Positions 35,786 through 49,440 of a stretch of 64,000 bases of DNA are shown one piece after another. The notes under the pieces are model-generated. The model searched no databases. It was given only the letters and a program-made list of their open reading frames with translations, and had not been told where the DNA came from. The number at the start of each line of letters is the position of its first letter. Within the stretch, counting starts at the first letter, position 1. The translations under genes were made by a program, and so were the position numbers. The stretch lies in assembly GCA_036785375.1 (NCBI GenBank), contig JAWMAR010000350.1, positions 2,418,001-2,482,000 of the forward strand, in the 5' to 3' direction. The DNA comes from Leucoraja ocellata. Taxonomy: Eukaryota.

Positions 35786-36686
35786 TAAACTAAACTAAAC
35801 TATAATGTAGGACCTCTAGTTTCCAACAGCGAGGATCTGTCACAAAGTAACTTCAATACTTCAGATAGACTGCGGGAATTTCTAGTTTAGTAATACCTTT
35901 CATGATCAACTATTATCTGATGCAATGATATCCATTATTTCCTTTCAACCAATTCTGAACTAATCTCTAAACCAAGAAATCAGTTTGTATACAGATGTAC
36001 AGGAGATCCAGGAGAGTTTGAATATTCTATAACTGTGATGAACTGGGCATTTGTTTATGGCCTTATGTCAAGTGAATATCACAACAGTGAAATAGCCACA
36101 TCCAGTATCTTTGACCTATGCAGTCTATGAGATTCTAGGGGCTTGATTTCATAGATGGTCTCGTGTATTCATGAAGGTCCCCCAGGTTTTGGCAGCCGTG
36201 CCTTTGGTTTTACAATTCAGTATAAATCACATTCTCTCGTCAGTTCTTCCCACCTCACCTCATTGAATCTCAGCATGAAAAAAGCATTTTTTGTTTAATA
36301 ATCTAATGTTGATTTCTTCCCCAAGTGTCTGCACCCACAAGTAGACACTGAAGACAAATTGGAAATCACACAACATATTTTATGACTTTTAGATGAATCA
36401 CCTGTAAAATCATGACGTGAGCTCATTTCCCAACCCTGAAAACAAGTTTCACTTACACCGATGTAACCAGAGCACAATCTGGAAGATATTAACAGTGAAG
36501 AGAATGGCATTTGGAAACCACAAAGGGCCTGACTTAATTCATTGAACGTATTCCACCAAAGCAGCTATCTTCTATTCCAATCATTCTGTGCCTTGCCAAT
36601 TTAAATGTCAGACTAAGTGCTTCTCAAATGTAGCAATTATATCTGATTCCACTACCTCCTTTGGCAACATGTTCCATTCATCAACT

Positions 36687-36982
36687 ACGGTGGCGCAGCG
36701 GTAGAATTGCTGCCTTATAGCAAATGCAACACCGGAGACCCGGGTTCGATCCTGACTACTGGTGCTGTTTGTGCGGAGTTTGTACCTGCGTGGGTTTTCT
36801 CCAAGATCTTCAGTTTCCTCCCACCCTCCAAAGACCTACAGGTTTGTAGGTTAATTGGATTGGTATAAGTGTAAATTGTCCCTATTGTGTGTAGGATAGT
36901 GTTAATGTACGAGAATCGCTGGTCGGCGCGGAATCAGTGGGCCGAAGGGCCCATTTTCACGCTGTATCTCTAAACTAAACTA
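36687..36982 (+). mobile_element. HE1/V-SINE (elasmobranch tRNA-derived SINE)
   Basis: A box GGTGGCGCAGCGG, B box GGTTCGATCC, V domain GGAGTTTG..CTGCGTGGGTTTTCTCC..TTTCCTCCCAC, (CTAAA)n tail. Confidence 0.9.
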
Positions 36983-36999
36983 CTCAGTGTTAAAAAACT

Positions 37000-37900
37000 T
37001 ACCTCTCAGATTTCCGTTAAAACTGCTTCCTCCCCTTAAAACTATGCACCCTCGTTTTTGACGTCTCAACCTTAGGAAAATATTTTGACTCTATGCTGTC
37101 TACGCATCTCAATCTTAAATACGTCTATCAGGTTATAACTCGGCTTACTTTGCACTAGTTTATCTAAACTATTTCCATATCCAAATCCCCCCCAATCCAG
37201 ATAATATCCTGACATCTCCCTGCACTCTAGTGCAATTACATCCTACATATTGTGGCAACCAGAACTGCACACAATATTCTAAGTGCAGCCCAAGCAGCAT
37301 TTTGTAAAATTGCTGCATAACATAGCCACTCTGTTATATGTTCTAACCAGTGAAGACAAGCACCTGATCTGTGCTTGTCTCCACTGGTTAGAGCATATAA
37401 TATAATGGATCAGTGATGCCACTTTCACTGGATTATGGACTGAATCTCATGGCGTCTCGATTCTTCAACATTTCTTAGTACCCTGCCATTTATTGAATAA
37501 TTCTAACCCTATTTGACTTCTCAAAATGCACCATTATATACTTGTTAGGATTACATTCCAATAGCCAATGCTCCATTCAACTTTCATTATCTATATCAGG
37601 CAACCGTCCTCATTTTCACTCCACCACCAATTTTCATGTAATCTGTAAACTTACTAATCATACCTCCTACATTCACATCCAAGTCATTCATATCACAAAC
37701 TTTAAAAGTCCCAACACTGATCCCTGCTGTACACCACTAGTCACAGACCACGAGTGGGACAAAAAAATATCAGTACCCTCTGCCTCGTGTCATTAAATAA
37801 ATTTTGGATCAAATTCATCAGCCCACCTTGGATCCTATCTGCATTAACCTTCTGAACCAGCCTACCATGCAGGAGCTTGGCAAATGCCCTAAAGTCCAAA
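37000..37900 (-). mobile_element. Old degraded CR1 fragment
   Basis: CCAGAACTGCACACAATATTC, ACCACCAATTTT..ATCTGTAAACTT and CTGATCCCTG..ACACCACT match CR1 RT on the minus strand. Confidence 0.7.
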
Positions 37901-38667
37901 AAGTCCAACATATAAAAGCTCTAGGGATGCTGCACTGGCAACAGCCTCTCTGTCATTTCTATCTCTTTTTTTTTTCCAGTTAGTCCAAAGTCTGTTTTAG
38001 GGGGAAACTTTTACTTTTCAATGTGTGGGAGGGGGGCAGGGTAAGGGGGAAACCGTCTCCCAGTCTCTTCCTGGCGGGGACGTGACTATTTCTCCGAGTC
38101 GCGTCCGCGTCCCCCACCTCACGACCTACCAGCTGGATCGGAGCAGCCTTTCCTGCCAGGGACCGGACCAGGGCTGCTACAGCGGCAGCGCAGCGCTGGA
38201 GTCACCGCGGAGCGGGCGATGCCTACCTGGGTCGCCTTTTGGAGCTCCAGAGCGTTGGGCCGCTGCTCCAACATCATGGAGCTCTGGTGCGGAGAGCTTC
38301 CAACGCGGGCGGTGCTGAACAACATCGTGGAGTCCTGGGGCACCTTGCATATGCCTTTCCAACCCTCCACAATGTTTTTTATTTTTTTTTTTTTTTAAAT
38401 CACAACTTCCAATGCAATCTTTCCTATTATCTAATCTACATGGTCCTTCGTGTTTGCAGCAATTCCCTTCTTACTTCCAAATGCATTTGCTGCTCACATT
38501 TGGGGGGGTGGGATGGGGCAAGATAATAGCCGGGGTGACTATTTTTGCACAATATCTGTTCAGTCCTTAAGGGCTACCAAGTTTTAAGTCTCTGGTCACC
38601 AATTCCCCATCCTATTCCAACGTCATTCTTTGACCACCCAAATGCTGATCAATACAAACAAGGTACA

Positions 38668-38832
38668 GCATCTATGGAGTGAAGGAAATGGGTGACGTTT
38701 CGGGCCGAAACCCTTCTTCGGCCCGAAACGTCACCTATTTCCTTCGCTCCATAGATGCTGCTGCACCCGCTGAGTTTCTCCAGCATTTTTGTGTACCTTC
38801 GATCTTCCAGCAACTGCAGTTCCTTCTTGAAC
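38668..38832. mobile_element. Palindromic Penelope pLTR fragment
   Basis: Inverted pLTR halves meet at CCCTTCTTC|GGCCCGAAAC; ACAAGGTACA(G/A)CATCT duplicated on both sides. Confidence 0.85.
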
Positions 38833-39210
38833 ACAAGGTACAACATCTGACTGGGTGCAATGTAGCCTTCAGGGAAGGTTGTCAAACTTGATGCCATCTT
38901 TCTGATGACAGATCCTTGACCCAAAACAACCACAACTGGATTCTGCAGATACAGAGAGCTCCTGGAATGGGGCAGAAACTATCACAGGCACAAGCACATC
39001 ACTTTCTTCAACACAAGCAGCCTGTAAACCACAAAAGACCCAAAGAAAGTTTATTCTAAGGGGACTTTAGTCAAGTGCAGAAGAGAGGCAAGTTGCAGTG
39101 TTAATGTTATTTTTTTTTTTTTAATTCTGCCTACTTTCAATTTTTAGCATGTAAAATTATCTTGAATTATAGTTTAAGCAAAGTCAAGGCAATATTGTGC
39201 AAATTGAATT

Positions 39211-39216
39211 TTTATT
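39211..39216 (-). terminator. Polyadenylation signal of the beta-thymosin gene
   Basis: AATAAA on minus, about 180 nt after the stop codon. Confidence 0.7.
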
Positions 39217-39393
39217 CATTTCCTTTACAACACTGGATAAATCACAGCCATGGTCCAAAAGGTATCAGAACCAGCAGTCATTTAGCAACGCTCTGCCCCT
39301 TCAGTAGTTCAGTTCACAGTAAGAATTGGAATTCATTTCTCGAAATAAAACCGAGCGATTCCCTCCGCCATGGATACAGTATAATTTCAGCAA

Positions 39394-39428
39394 CTAGCTG
39401 CTCTCTGCTTTCTTCTCCTGATCAATAG
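39394..39428 (-). CDS. TMSB10: Beta-thymosin exon 3, (T)IDQEKKAESS*
   Basis: TTTATTTTCCAG|CT ATT GAT CAG GAG AAG AAA GCA GAG AGC AGC TAG; the phase matches exon 2. Confidence 0.95.
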
Positions 39429-39459
39429 CTGGAAAATAAATCAAAATAAATTCAGGTCA

Positions 39460-39633
<174 letters not shown>

Positions 39634-40189
39634 TCAATCTATTAAAGAAAAAACTAGCAGTCAGTTCGACTACAATGACGAAACTCAGATATGAGGAGAG
39701 AACGCGTGCAGTGTAAATCACTGAATAACTAGCACGTTTAACGTGGAATGAGAAAAAGGGGCAAAATGAAAAATCATTTTGTTAGCCGCACATACACACT
39801 TAATTCCCCTTTCTAACACATTGCAAACCTCCCCAACCCATGTGCAGTCATTCCCAAGTTTTCACTGCACTATAAGCTACTTCTTATAACACGAGCTAAG
39901 AGCTCATTCCATCCATTCTACCATCCTTATCTCGAACCTCTCGCCCACCGCCCCACAAACTCCTCTAACGTATTCGAGCCCCCTCCCCCCTCCTTCTCCA
40001 TCGCCCCTGTTCTCCACCGCCGACCCGCTCTCGCCGCCCAATCCCAGAGAGCACGAATAGCGGACATGACTGCGACAGGTTGTCCCTTTTCCCTCCCTCA
40101 TTCTACAGTCTCTGCGCGGTAACAATCAAAGCTCGATGATCTTCGGTTACAACTGCAAGCAGCGGCTGCCCGTCCTGCCCACGCCGTAC

Positions 40190-40234
40190 CTCTGGCCGCG
40201 TCCACCTCACGCACTGCCTTCCTTGTCGAACAAT
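40190..40234 (-). other. TMSB10: Beta-thymosin non-coding exon 1 (predicted)
   Basis: Begins about 30 nt downstream of the TATA box and ends CAGAG|GTACGG; beta-thymosin genes have a short non-coding first exon. Confidence 0.65.
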
Positions 40235-40320
40235 AGCCGCGGACGCCGCCTCGGCATCTTTATAGCGGCCACCGCCCAGCCCCGCCTCCCCGCCGCAGCC
40301 CCCCTCCTCCATTGGGTTCC
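40235..40320 (-). promoter_or_regulatory. Beta-thymosin core promoter inside a CpG island (about 39940-40560)
   Basis: TATAAAG 40264-40258, GC boxes 40272-40295 and CCAAT 40315-40311 in canonical spacing on the minus strand. Confidence 0.85.
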
Positions 40321-41257
40321 AAGTTGAGGAGGTCGGGCTGATTTGTTCACGCTGGTCGAGACAAAGAGAGATGGAGCGGCGGCGGCGTTGATGCTGGTGC
40401 TGGGCTTCTGCCGGTGGCTGCCCGTCCTGCGGCCAGGGTGGGCCAGCAAGAGAGCCGCACCCTAGAGCGCAGTCTTTCTTTTGTGGTGCGGCCCGGTGGC
40501 TCGGGAGACTCTCGGTTGGGCGGGTGCCGAGCGTCAGGGAATGGTGGGGACAGCAGGATAAAACGAGTCTGACGAAGGTTTCTTTTGTTCGTGGAAGGTC
40601 TTGATATTTGGGGGTTTGTTATATTTTAGATTAACTCGATCGTGATAATTAGTAGATCCTGAAAATAAGTTATTTATTTAATGAAACCAGGTAATATATA
40701 AAGCTGGATTATGATAGGATTGAATTGTTCGGTTGACCTTTGTGTGGTATCAACTGCTCTAGACTATGCAGTACAGGAAAATGATTCTTAATTGAAATGC
40801 CCCAAGTCTCAATTGGATTCGTCCTTAATTTTCCATCTATTTAGTCGATCTCCGGAATCAAAGATAGTTTGCATCCACTTTGTGGGTTCTGAACAGATTG
40901 TCAGTCCCTACCGCAAGTGGCTTAGTGATGCTCGATAAGACAAGTGGAACATTTGGGAGGCTGTGTGCACTTTCCACTAATTGCACTTGGTTGTGGTGTA
41001 TTCTCACATGTACACGAAGTGTTCAGTGGCTTCCTAGATGCTCTGCTATTAGGAGGATTCTGATATTTTTCTAGCAGGTTTTGAGTATATTGTCAAGTCA
41101 ATAGTGTTTATTGTCATATGTACACGGATTGTGAGGTACAGATACAATGAACATTTTGCTTGCAGTAGCATTGCAGCCACATAAGCACTGACATAAATTA
41201 GACATACAGTGTGGAAACAAGCCCTTTGGCCCAACTTGCCAACACCAGCCAACCTGT

Positions 41258-41520
41258 CATAGAAACATAGAAATTAGGTGCAGGAGTAGGCCATTCGGCC
41301 CCGAGCCTGCACCGCCATTCAATATGATCATGGCTGATCATCCAACTCAGTATCCCGTACCTGCCTTCTCTCCATACCCCCTGATCCCCTTGGCCACAAG
41401 GGCCACATCTAACTCCCTCTTAGATATAGCCAATGAACTGGCCTCAACTACCCTCTGCGGCAGAGAGTTCCAGAGATTCACCACTCTCTGTGTGAAAAAA
41501 GTTCTTCTCATCTCGGTTTT
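41258..41520 (-). mobile_element. Young CR1 3' end inserted in an older SINE/LINE tail
   Basis: Near-identical reverse complement of 45240-45501; (CATAGAAA)2 tail. Confidence 0.9.
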
Positions 41521-42621
41521 AACATTTTTTCTATCTATACTAGTCCCATCTGCCTGTGTTTAGCCCATATCCCTCTATACCTATCCTATAATGTACCTGT
41601 CTAAATGTTTCTTAAATGTTGCATTAAATGAATTGTATACGATAATAGAAAGAAAGACTGCAAGATGATAGATGTCATCTTAGACCATAGAACGGCGCGG
41701 CACAGCACAAGAGCAAGTCCTTCGACCTACAATGTCCACCCCGAACATAATGCCAAGATAAACTAATCTCTGCCACCAAGTGATCCATATCCCTCCATTC
41801 CCAGCATATCCATGAGCCTATCTAAAAGCCTCTTAAATGCTACTATCGTACCTGCTCCCACCACCACCCTGGCAGCTCGTTCTAGGCACTCATCACTGTG
41901 TAAAAACCTTGCCCCTCTCACCTTAAAGCTATGCTATTTGGCCCTTGATATTCCACCCTGGGAAAAGGTTCCTGACTGACTACCACAGACTCAGACAAGA
42001 GAATGTAAAGAATAACACTGCAAAATACATAATTAGAAAATGGTCGTGCAAGAGGTGATCCTGTATTGTTCTCGTGATGAGGTAGAATTAGGGTTTTGCA
42101 GGTTGGAATAAGAACCTGATAGCTATATGTAGGTGGCCTGAACCTGGTGGTGTGGAACTTCAGGCTTCTGTAGCTCCTACTCAATAGTAGCAGTGAGAAT
42201 GGTGGGGATCCTTGCTGATAGTTGTTACCTTCAGACAGTGTCTCTTATAGGTGCTTTTGATGGAATGGAGGGCTGTGCCCATGATGGACTGGAGCTGAGT
42301 ACACCACTCTCTACAACCTCTTGCATTCCTGAACATCAGAATTGCCATACCAGGCCATGATGTAACAGGTCGGGATACTGTTTGACCGTTTCTGCCCAGG
42401 AAATCTGTTATAACGCAGCTCAAAGTTTAATAGCTGTTTCAAAACGTGTGCATCAAGTTGAATGTGACCAGAGCCACTGCAGTCACTGCTGGTGCTGTTA
42501 TGCTGGGAGAGAATGCAGATGACCAAAAAATGTGCACAACGTTAATGATACTTTAGTGTTTTGAGATGCCTCCTGTAGATTGTCCATATTTTTGAAGCAT
42601 GAAGGAGGTTAGGGATCATTG

Positions 42622-42714
42622 GTTACACAGAAAAGCTGGAGAAACTCAGCGCGTGCAGCAGCATCTATGGAGCGAAGGAAATAGGCAACGTTTCGGGCCG
42701 AAACCCTTCTTCAG
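42622..42714 (-). mobile_element. Penelope pLTR insertion with 16-bp TSD
   Basis: AGGTTAGGGATCATTG at 42606-42621 and 42713-42728. Confidence 0.9.
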
Positions 42715-43204
42715 GTTAGGGATCATTGTTGCTTAATAGACTGTGCTTTCATGTTTTAGTGTTTGAAATTTCCTTTCCTCTGTTAGCCAGAGGAAATGTC
42801 CTTTCCTCTGTTAGCCTCTGTACTGCTGCTCTGGAAGTCATGGTGAGTTCTATCATCGACATCTGTTTTGGCTAAAATGTGGCACCCAAGATATGGGGAG
42901 TGATTCATGTGTTCCAGGGTGCTTCGTGAAACAGAAATGCTGGAAGTATCAGCCAGTCAAATAGGGTGTAGAAAAATAAACTGGTTAATGTTTCATGTCA
43001 GGGACCCTTCCTCCGAACTGGGGGTAGAACCATAAAGTATAGAAACAGGCCCTTCAGCCCATCTTGCCCATGCCAACCAAGGTGCCCTATCTACACATGC
43101 CCATGTTTGGCATATATCCCAGTCCAACTTTTCCTATCCATGCACCTGTTCTAACATCTTTTAAATATTGTGATAGTTTCTGCCTCAACTGCATCTTCCG
43201 GCAA

Positions 43205-43395
43205 AATAGAGAAAAAATGCTGGATTAACTCAGCGGGCCAGGAAGCATCGCTGGAGAGATGGAATGAGTGATGTTTTGGGTCTAAACCTTTAACGTCACC
43301 CATTCCTTCTCTCTAGCGATGCTGCCTGGCCCGCCGAGTTACTCCAGCATTTTGTCTGTATCTTCGGTCTAGCACCTACAGTTCCTTCCTACACA
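43205..43395. mobile_element. Palindromic Penelope pLTR fragment (second subfamily)
   Basis: Inverted AAAATGCTGGA.TAACTC.GCGGGCCAGG.AGCATCGCT halves. Confidence 0.75.
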
Positions 43396-44965
43396 TACGT
43401 CTTCCGGCAGCTCATTCAGTATACCCACCACCAGGTGTCAAAGGTTATGCCCACCAGGTGTCAAAGGTTATGGGAGGAAGGCAGGAGAATGGGGTTAGGA
43501 AGGAGAGATAGATCAGGCATGATTGAATGGTGGACTAGACTTGATGGGCCAAATGGCCAAATTCTACTATTATATCTGACCCTGTGTGTGAAAAGGTTCC
43601 CTTCAGATTCCTACAATCTTTCCTCTCTCACTTTAACCTATGTCCTCTGGTTCCTGATTCCCCAACTCTCGGTAAAAGACTCCCATGACCTTATACATCT
43701 CTATATGTTCACCCCTCATCCTTCTGTACTACAAGGACTACAGTCATAGCCTGCCCAATATCTCCCCATAGATCATAGAAACATGGAAAATAGGTGCAGG
43801 AAGAGGCCATTGTGATCATGGCTGATCGTCCCCTATCAATAACCCTAGCCTGCCTTCTCCCCATATCCCTTGACTCCACTAGACCCTAGAGCTCTATCTA
43901 ACTCTCTTAAGTCCATCCAGTGATTTGGCCTCCACTGCCCTCTGTGGCAGGGAATTCCATAAATTCACAACTCTCTGGGTGAAAAAGTTTTTTCTCACCT
44001 CAGTCTTAAATGACCGCCTTTATTCTAAGACTGTGGCTCCTTGTTCTGGACTCATCCAACATTGGGAACATTTTTCCTGCATCTTGCTTGTCCAGTCCTT
44101 TTATAATTTTATATGTTTCTATAAGATTCCCCCTCATCCTTCTAAACTCCAGTGAATACAAGCCTAGTCTTTTCAACCTTTCCTCATATGACAGTCCCGC
44201 CATCGCAGGGATCAATCACGTGAACCTACCCTGCACTGCCTCAATCACACGGATGTCCTTCCTCAAATTAGGAGACCAAAACTGTACACAATACTCCAGA
44301 TGTGGTCTCACCAGAGCCCTATACAACTGCAGAAGAACCTCTTTACTCCTATACTGAAATCCTCTTGTTATGAAGGCCAACATTCCATTAGCTTTCTTCA
44401 CTGCCTGCTGTACCTGCACGCCAACTTTCAGTGACCGGTGTACAAGGACACCCAGGTCTCGCTGTACCTCCCCCTTACCTAACCTAACCCCATTGAGATA
44501 ATAATCTGCCCCCTTGTTTTTGCTGCAAAAGTGGATAACCTCACATTTATCTATATTATACTGCATCTGCCACGCATCTGCCCACTCACTCAACCTGTCC
44601 AGGTCACCCTACAACCTCCTAACATCCTCTTCACAGTTCACACTGCCACCCAGCTTTGTGTCATCCGCAAACTTGACAATAAACTCACTTGAACTTGAAA
44701 CTTGCTCGTGTTGCTCCTAATTCCCTCTTCCAAATCATTAATATATATGGTAAACAGTTGCGGCCCCAACACAGAGCCTTGCGGCACTCCACTCGCCACT
44801 ACCTGCCATTCTGAAAAGGACCCGTTCACTCCTACTCTTTGCTTCCGGTCTGCCAACCAATTTTCTATCCATGTCAACACCCTACCACCAATACCATGTG
44901 CTCTAATTTTAGTCACCAGTCTCCCGTGCGGGACCTTATCAAAGGCTTTCTGAAAGTCTAGATAC

Positions 44966-46095
44966 AGACACAGATTCAGATTCAATCTTTATTGTCATTG
45001 TGCAGTGTACAGTACAGAGACAACGAAATGCAGTTAGCATCTCCCCAGAGGAGCAAACATATAATAATGAGCAATAAATATATATATATACTCTCTAGAA
45101 TTTAGGAGATTGAGAGGGGATCTTATAGAAACTTACAAAATTCTTAAGGGGTTGGACAGGCTAGATGCAGGAAGATTGTTCCCGATGTTGGGGAAGTCCA
45201 GGACAAGGGGTCACAGCTTAAGGATAAGGGGGAAATCCTTTAAAACCGAGATGAGGAGAACTTTTTTCATACATAGAGTGGTGAATCTCTGGAACTCTCT
45301 GCCACAGAGGGTAGTTGAGGCCAGTTCATTGGCTATATTTAAGAGGGAGTTAGATGTGGCCCTTGTGGCCAAGGGGATCAGAGGGTATGGAGAGAAGGCA
45401 GGTACGGGATACTGAGTTGGATGATCAGCCATGATCATATTGAATGGCGGTGCAGGCTCGAAGGGCCGAATGGCCTACTCCTGCACCTAATTTCTATGTT
45501 TCTATATATATATATGTACATACAGTAGTAGTAGTGCAATTTGTCTGGGGGAAGGAGTGGCCGTGGGGGGGGTTGACTGGCAATCACCAAGGTGCAGAGT
45601 TAAGTAATGTAACAGCCGCAGGGAAGAAGCTGTTCCTCGACCTGCTGGTTCGGCAACGTAGAGACCTGTAGCGCGTCCCGGATGGGAGGAGGGTAAACAG
45701 TCCATGGTTGGGGTGAGAGCAGTCCCTGACGATGCTGAGCGCCCTCCGCAGACAGCGCTTGCTTTGGACAGACTCAATGGAGGGGAGTGAGGAACCCGGC
45801 GATGCGTTGGGCAATTTTCACCACCCTCTGCAGTGCTTTCCGGTCAGAGGCAGAGCAGTTGTCATACCATACTGTGATACAGTTGGTAAGGATGCTCTCG
45901 ATGGTGCAGCGGTAGAAGTTCACCAGAATCTGAGGAGACAGATGGACCTTCTTCAGTCTCCTCAGGACCTTCTGAAGTCTACAATGAGCTCCTTGGTCTT
46001 CTTGGAGTTAAGGGCCAGGTTGTTGTCAGCACACCATGCTGCTAGGAGCTGGACCTCCTCCCTATAGGCCGACTCATCGTTGTTGCTGATGGTGC
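44966..46095 (-). mobile_element. Rex1/Babar LINE 3' part nested in CR1
   Basis: DESAYREEVQLLAAWCADNNLALNSKKTKELIVDFRR and HGLFTLLPSGTRYRSLRCRTSRSRNSFFPAAV; (GAATCT)n tail. Confidence 0.9.
45093..45501 (+). mobile_element. CR1 3' fragment nested in a (TA)n tract of the Rex/Babar copy
   Basis: RGDLIETYKILKGLD..RTRGHSL..RVVNLWNSLP; (TA)n on both sides. Confidence 0.92.
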
Positions 46096-46793
46096 CAGTG
46101 ACCCGGTATTGCCGGGTCAGTATGTGGTAGGGATGCAGACATCCAGCAAAGACAAATATTACCAGCACAGCTGTTTCTTTTTTTCGGAACATTTAATTTG
46201 TTTTTGATGAGAAATAAAAGAATCTTTTGTTTAAAAAAAAAAAAAAATCAAAGCTTGTTCTACTTCCACTGACAACAGCATCACAGCCCCTGTATTGTGC
46301 GTTCCCCTCTCACCAAGAGGGGAGGGGTCCCTGCTATCGTGATGAAGTTGCCAGCAATGGATAAAAAATAATACTGAATTAGAAAAGCACATTCTTAAAG
46401 TAAAACGATACCTCTTTAAGCACGGTCAATATATACGCATATTAAAAGCATATTTTATCCCTGTACTCTGCAACCATCAGACTCCTCAAATAATCTACAA
46501 GTGTACCTTATGTCATGATCTTTTTCTCCTCTGTATTCTATTACAGTTGTAAGATATATTGTCCGGTATCCTACATGACAGGGAGATATTCCGGACATGA
46601 AGTTTCATCAGTGAATGATAACATTGTGCCTGAATGAAATGTCTTTATTTCCTTGCAACACCCATTTATACCACATTAACGAGAGTAGCCACCTTCAATA
46701 TAAACACTTCATGCAGCACAGCCTCAACATTCTGTAGTTAGATCCTTTTGTATCAGAGGGCAGTTTTAAAACCTCTTCATTCCACAAAGAGTT

Positions 46794-47342
46794 CTCTCTC
46801 ACACACACCCTCTCTCTCTTTCTCACGCTCCCTCTCTCCTCTCTCACTCACACACACACTCTCTCCCTCTCACACACTCTCACTCTCTCACATGCACAGT
46901 CCCCCTCTGTCTCTCACTCGCACACACTCGCGTTCTCACACAATTTTTCACACACTCTCCCTCTCACACACTCTCTCACACCCACTCTCTCTCTCACATG
47001 CACTCTCCCCCTCTCACTCTCTCTCTTTCTCACACAGACACCCTCTCTCATTCAAACTCACTCTCTCACTCACTCTCACACACACACTGCTGTGCTGGTA
47101 ATATTTGTCTTTGCTGGAAGTCTGCATCCCTACCACATACTGACCCGGCAATACCGGGTCACTGGCACCATCAGCAACAACGATGAGTCGGCCTATAGGG
47201 AGGAGGTCCAGCTCCTAGCAGCATGGTGCGCTGACAACAACCTGGCCCTTAACTCTCACACACACACTCCCTCTCCACCTCACTCACTCACTCTCACACA
47301 CACTCTCACCTTCCCCTCTCTCTCCCCCCCCCCCTCTCTCTC
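46794..47342. repeat. (CT)n/(CA)n low-complexity tracts surrounding an inverted LINE-derived arm
   Basis: Directly visible. Confidence 0.9.
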
Positions 47343-49440
47343 AGGCCAACTTGAGTATAACATCATGGCTATTATAGGGGCATTGACCACTGTCTGCGGC
47401 ATTGCCACACTACATTCACTGGCACCCCTTCATCCATCACATCCTCCAAAAATTCCAGAAGATTAGTCAAGCATGATTTCCCTTTCATAAATCCATGTTG
47501 ACTTGGACTAATCCTTTTACTGCTATCCAAATGCCCCATTATTACCTCTTTAATAATTGACTCCAGCATCTTTCCCACCACCGGTCAGGCTAACTGCTCT
47601 GTAATTCCCCGTTTTCTCTCTCGCACCTTTCTTGAAAAGTGGGATAACATTAGCTATCCTCCAATCCACAGGAACTGATCCTGAATCTATTGAACATTGG
47701 AAAATGATCACCAATGCGTCCACTATTTCTAGAGCCACCTCCCTGAGGACCCTGGGATGCAGACCATCAGGCCCAGGGGATTTATCATCCTTCAGTCCCA
47801 TTAGCGTACCCAATACTATTTCTCGCCTAATGAGAATTTATTTCAGTTCCTCTATCCCCTTAGATCCTCTGTCCTCCAGTACATCTGGGAGATTGTTTGT
47901 GTTTTCCTTAGTGAAGACAGATCCGAAGTACCTGTTCAACTCTTCTGCCATTTCCTTGTTGCCCATAATAATTTCACCCGTGTCTGCCTCCAAGGGACCC
48001 ACATTTGACTTTGCTACTCTTTTTCCCTTAACATATTTAAATAAGCTTTTACTGTCCTTCTTTATATTCCTGGCCAGCTTCCCCTCATACTGCATCTTTT
48101 CAGCCCGTATTGCCCGTTTTGTTTCCTTCTGTTGTCCTATGAAAGTTTACCAATTCTCTGGCTTCCGGCTATTCTTTGCTGTGTTATACATCTTTTCTTT
48201 TAGTTTTATTCTATCCCTAACTTCTCTTGTCAGCCACGGTTGACTCCTACTCCCCTTAGAATCTTTCTTCCTTTTTGGAATGAAATGATCCTGCGTCTTC
48301 CGGATTATGCCCAGATATTCCTGCCATTGCTGTTCCACCATCATTCCTGCTAGGATCCCTTTCCAGTCTACCTTGGCCAGCTCCCCTCTCATGCCTTCAT
48401 AGTCCCCTTTGTTCAACTGCATCACTGACACTTCCGATTTAACGTTCTCCTTCTCAAATTGCAGATTAAAACTAATCATATTATGATCACCAAGCGGTTC
48501 CTTTACCTCGAGTTCTCTTATCATATCTGGTTCATTGGCCAATCCAGAATTGCCTTTTCTCTGGTCGGCTCCATTACAAGCTGCTCTAAGAATCCATCTC
48601 GGAGGCACTCTACAAACTCTCTTTCTTGGGGTCTTGAACCAACCTGATTTTCCCAGTCTACCTGCATATTGAAATCCCCCATCACCACAGTGGCATTACC
48701 TTTGTTACATGCCAGTTTTAACTCCTGCTGCAACTTACACCCTACATCCAGGCTACTATTTGGGGGTCTGTAAATAACACCAATTAGTGTCTTCTTGCCT
48801 TTGCAATTCCTCAACTCAATCCACAGTGACTCTACCTCGTCAGTCCCTATGTCTTCCCTCGCAAGGGACTGAATTCCCTCCCTCACCAGCAGAGCTACCC
48901 CCACTCCTCTGCCCACCTGCCTGTCCTTTCTATAGGATGTATAACCCTGAATATTAAGTTCCCAGGCCCGATCCTCCTGCAGCCACGTCTCAGTAATCCC
49001 CACAATGTCATATCTACCAACCTCTAACTGAGCCTCAAGCTCATCTTCTTATACTTTGCGCATTCATATACAATACTTTGAATTCCTTACGCATCTCACC
49101 TTTCACATCGATCCCTATTACACTTGGCCATACTCTCCTATCCCTTTGTGAGCTTCCTTTCCCGTTAACTCTGGGGTCATTAACCATCCATTTACTCTCT
49201 TTCCCTTTAATTCCATCCTCGACTATCCCATTTGACACCCCACCCCCCCAATTCAGTTTAAAACTACCCGTGTAGCAGTGGCAAACCTGCCTGCCAGAAT
49301 GCTGGTCCCCCACCTGTTAAGATGCAATCCGTCCCTTTTGTACAGTTCCCCCTTACTCCAACACAGATCCCAGTGATCTAAGAATCTAAATCCCTGCCCC
49401 CTGCACCAGTTCCTCAGCCACACATTCAGGTCCCATATCT

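Noticed and set aside
40569-40600. CTGACGAAGG hammerhead-like start near the thymosin promoter
   Set aside because: No stem II or GAAA follows.
46748-47101. Ser/Leu/His-rich ORF
   Set aside because: Translation of CT/CA microsatellite.
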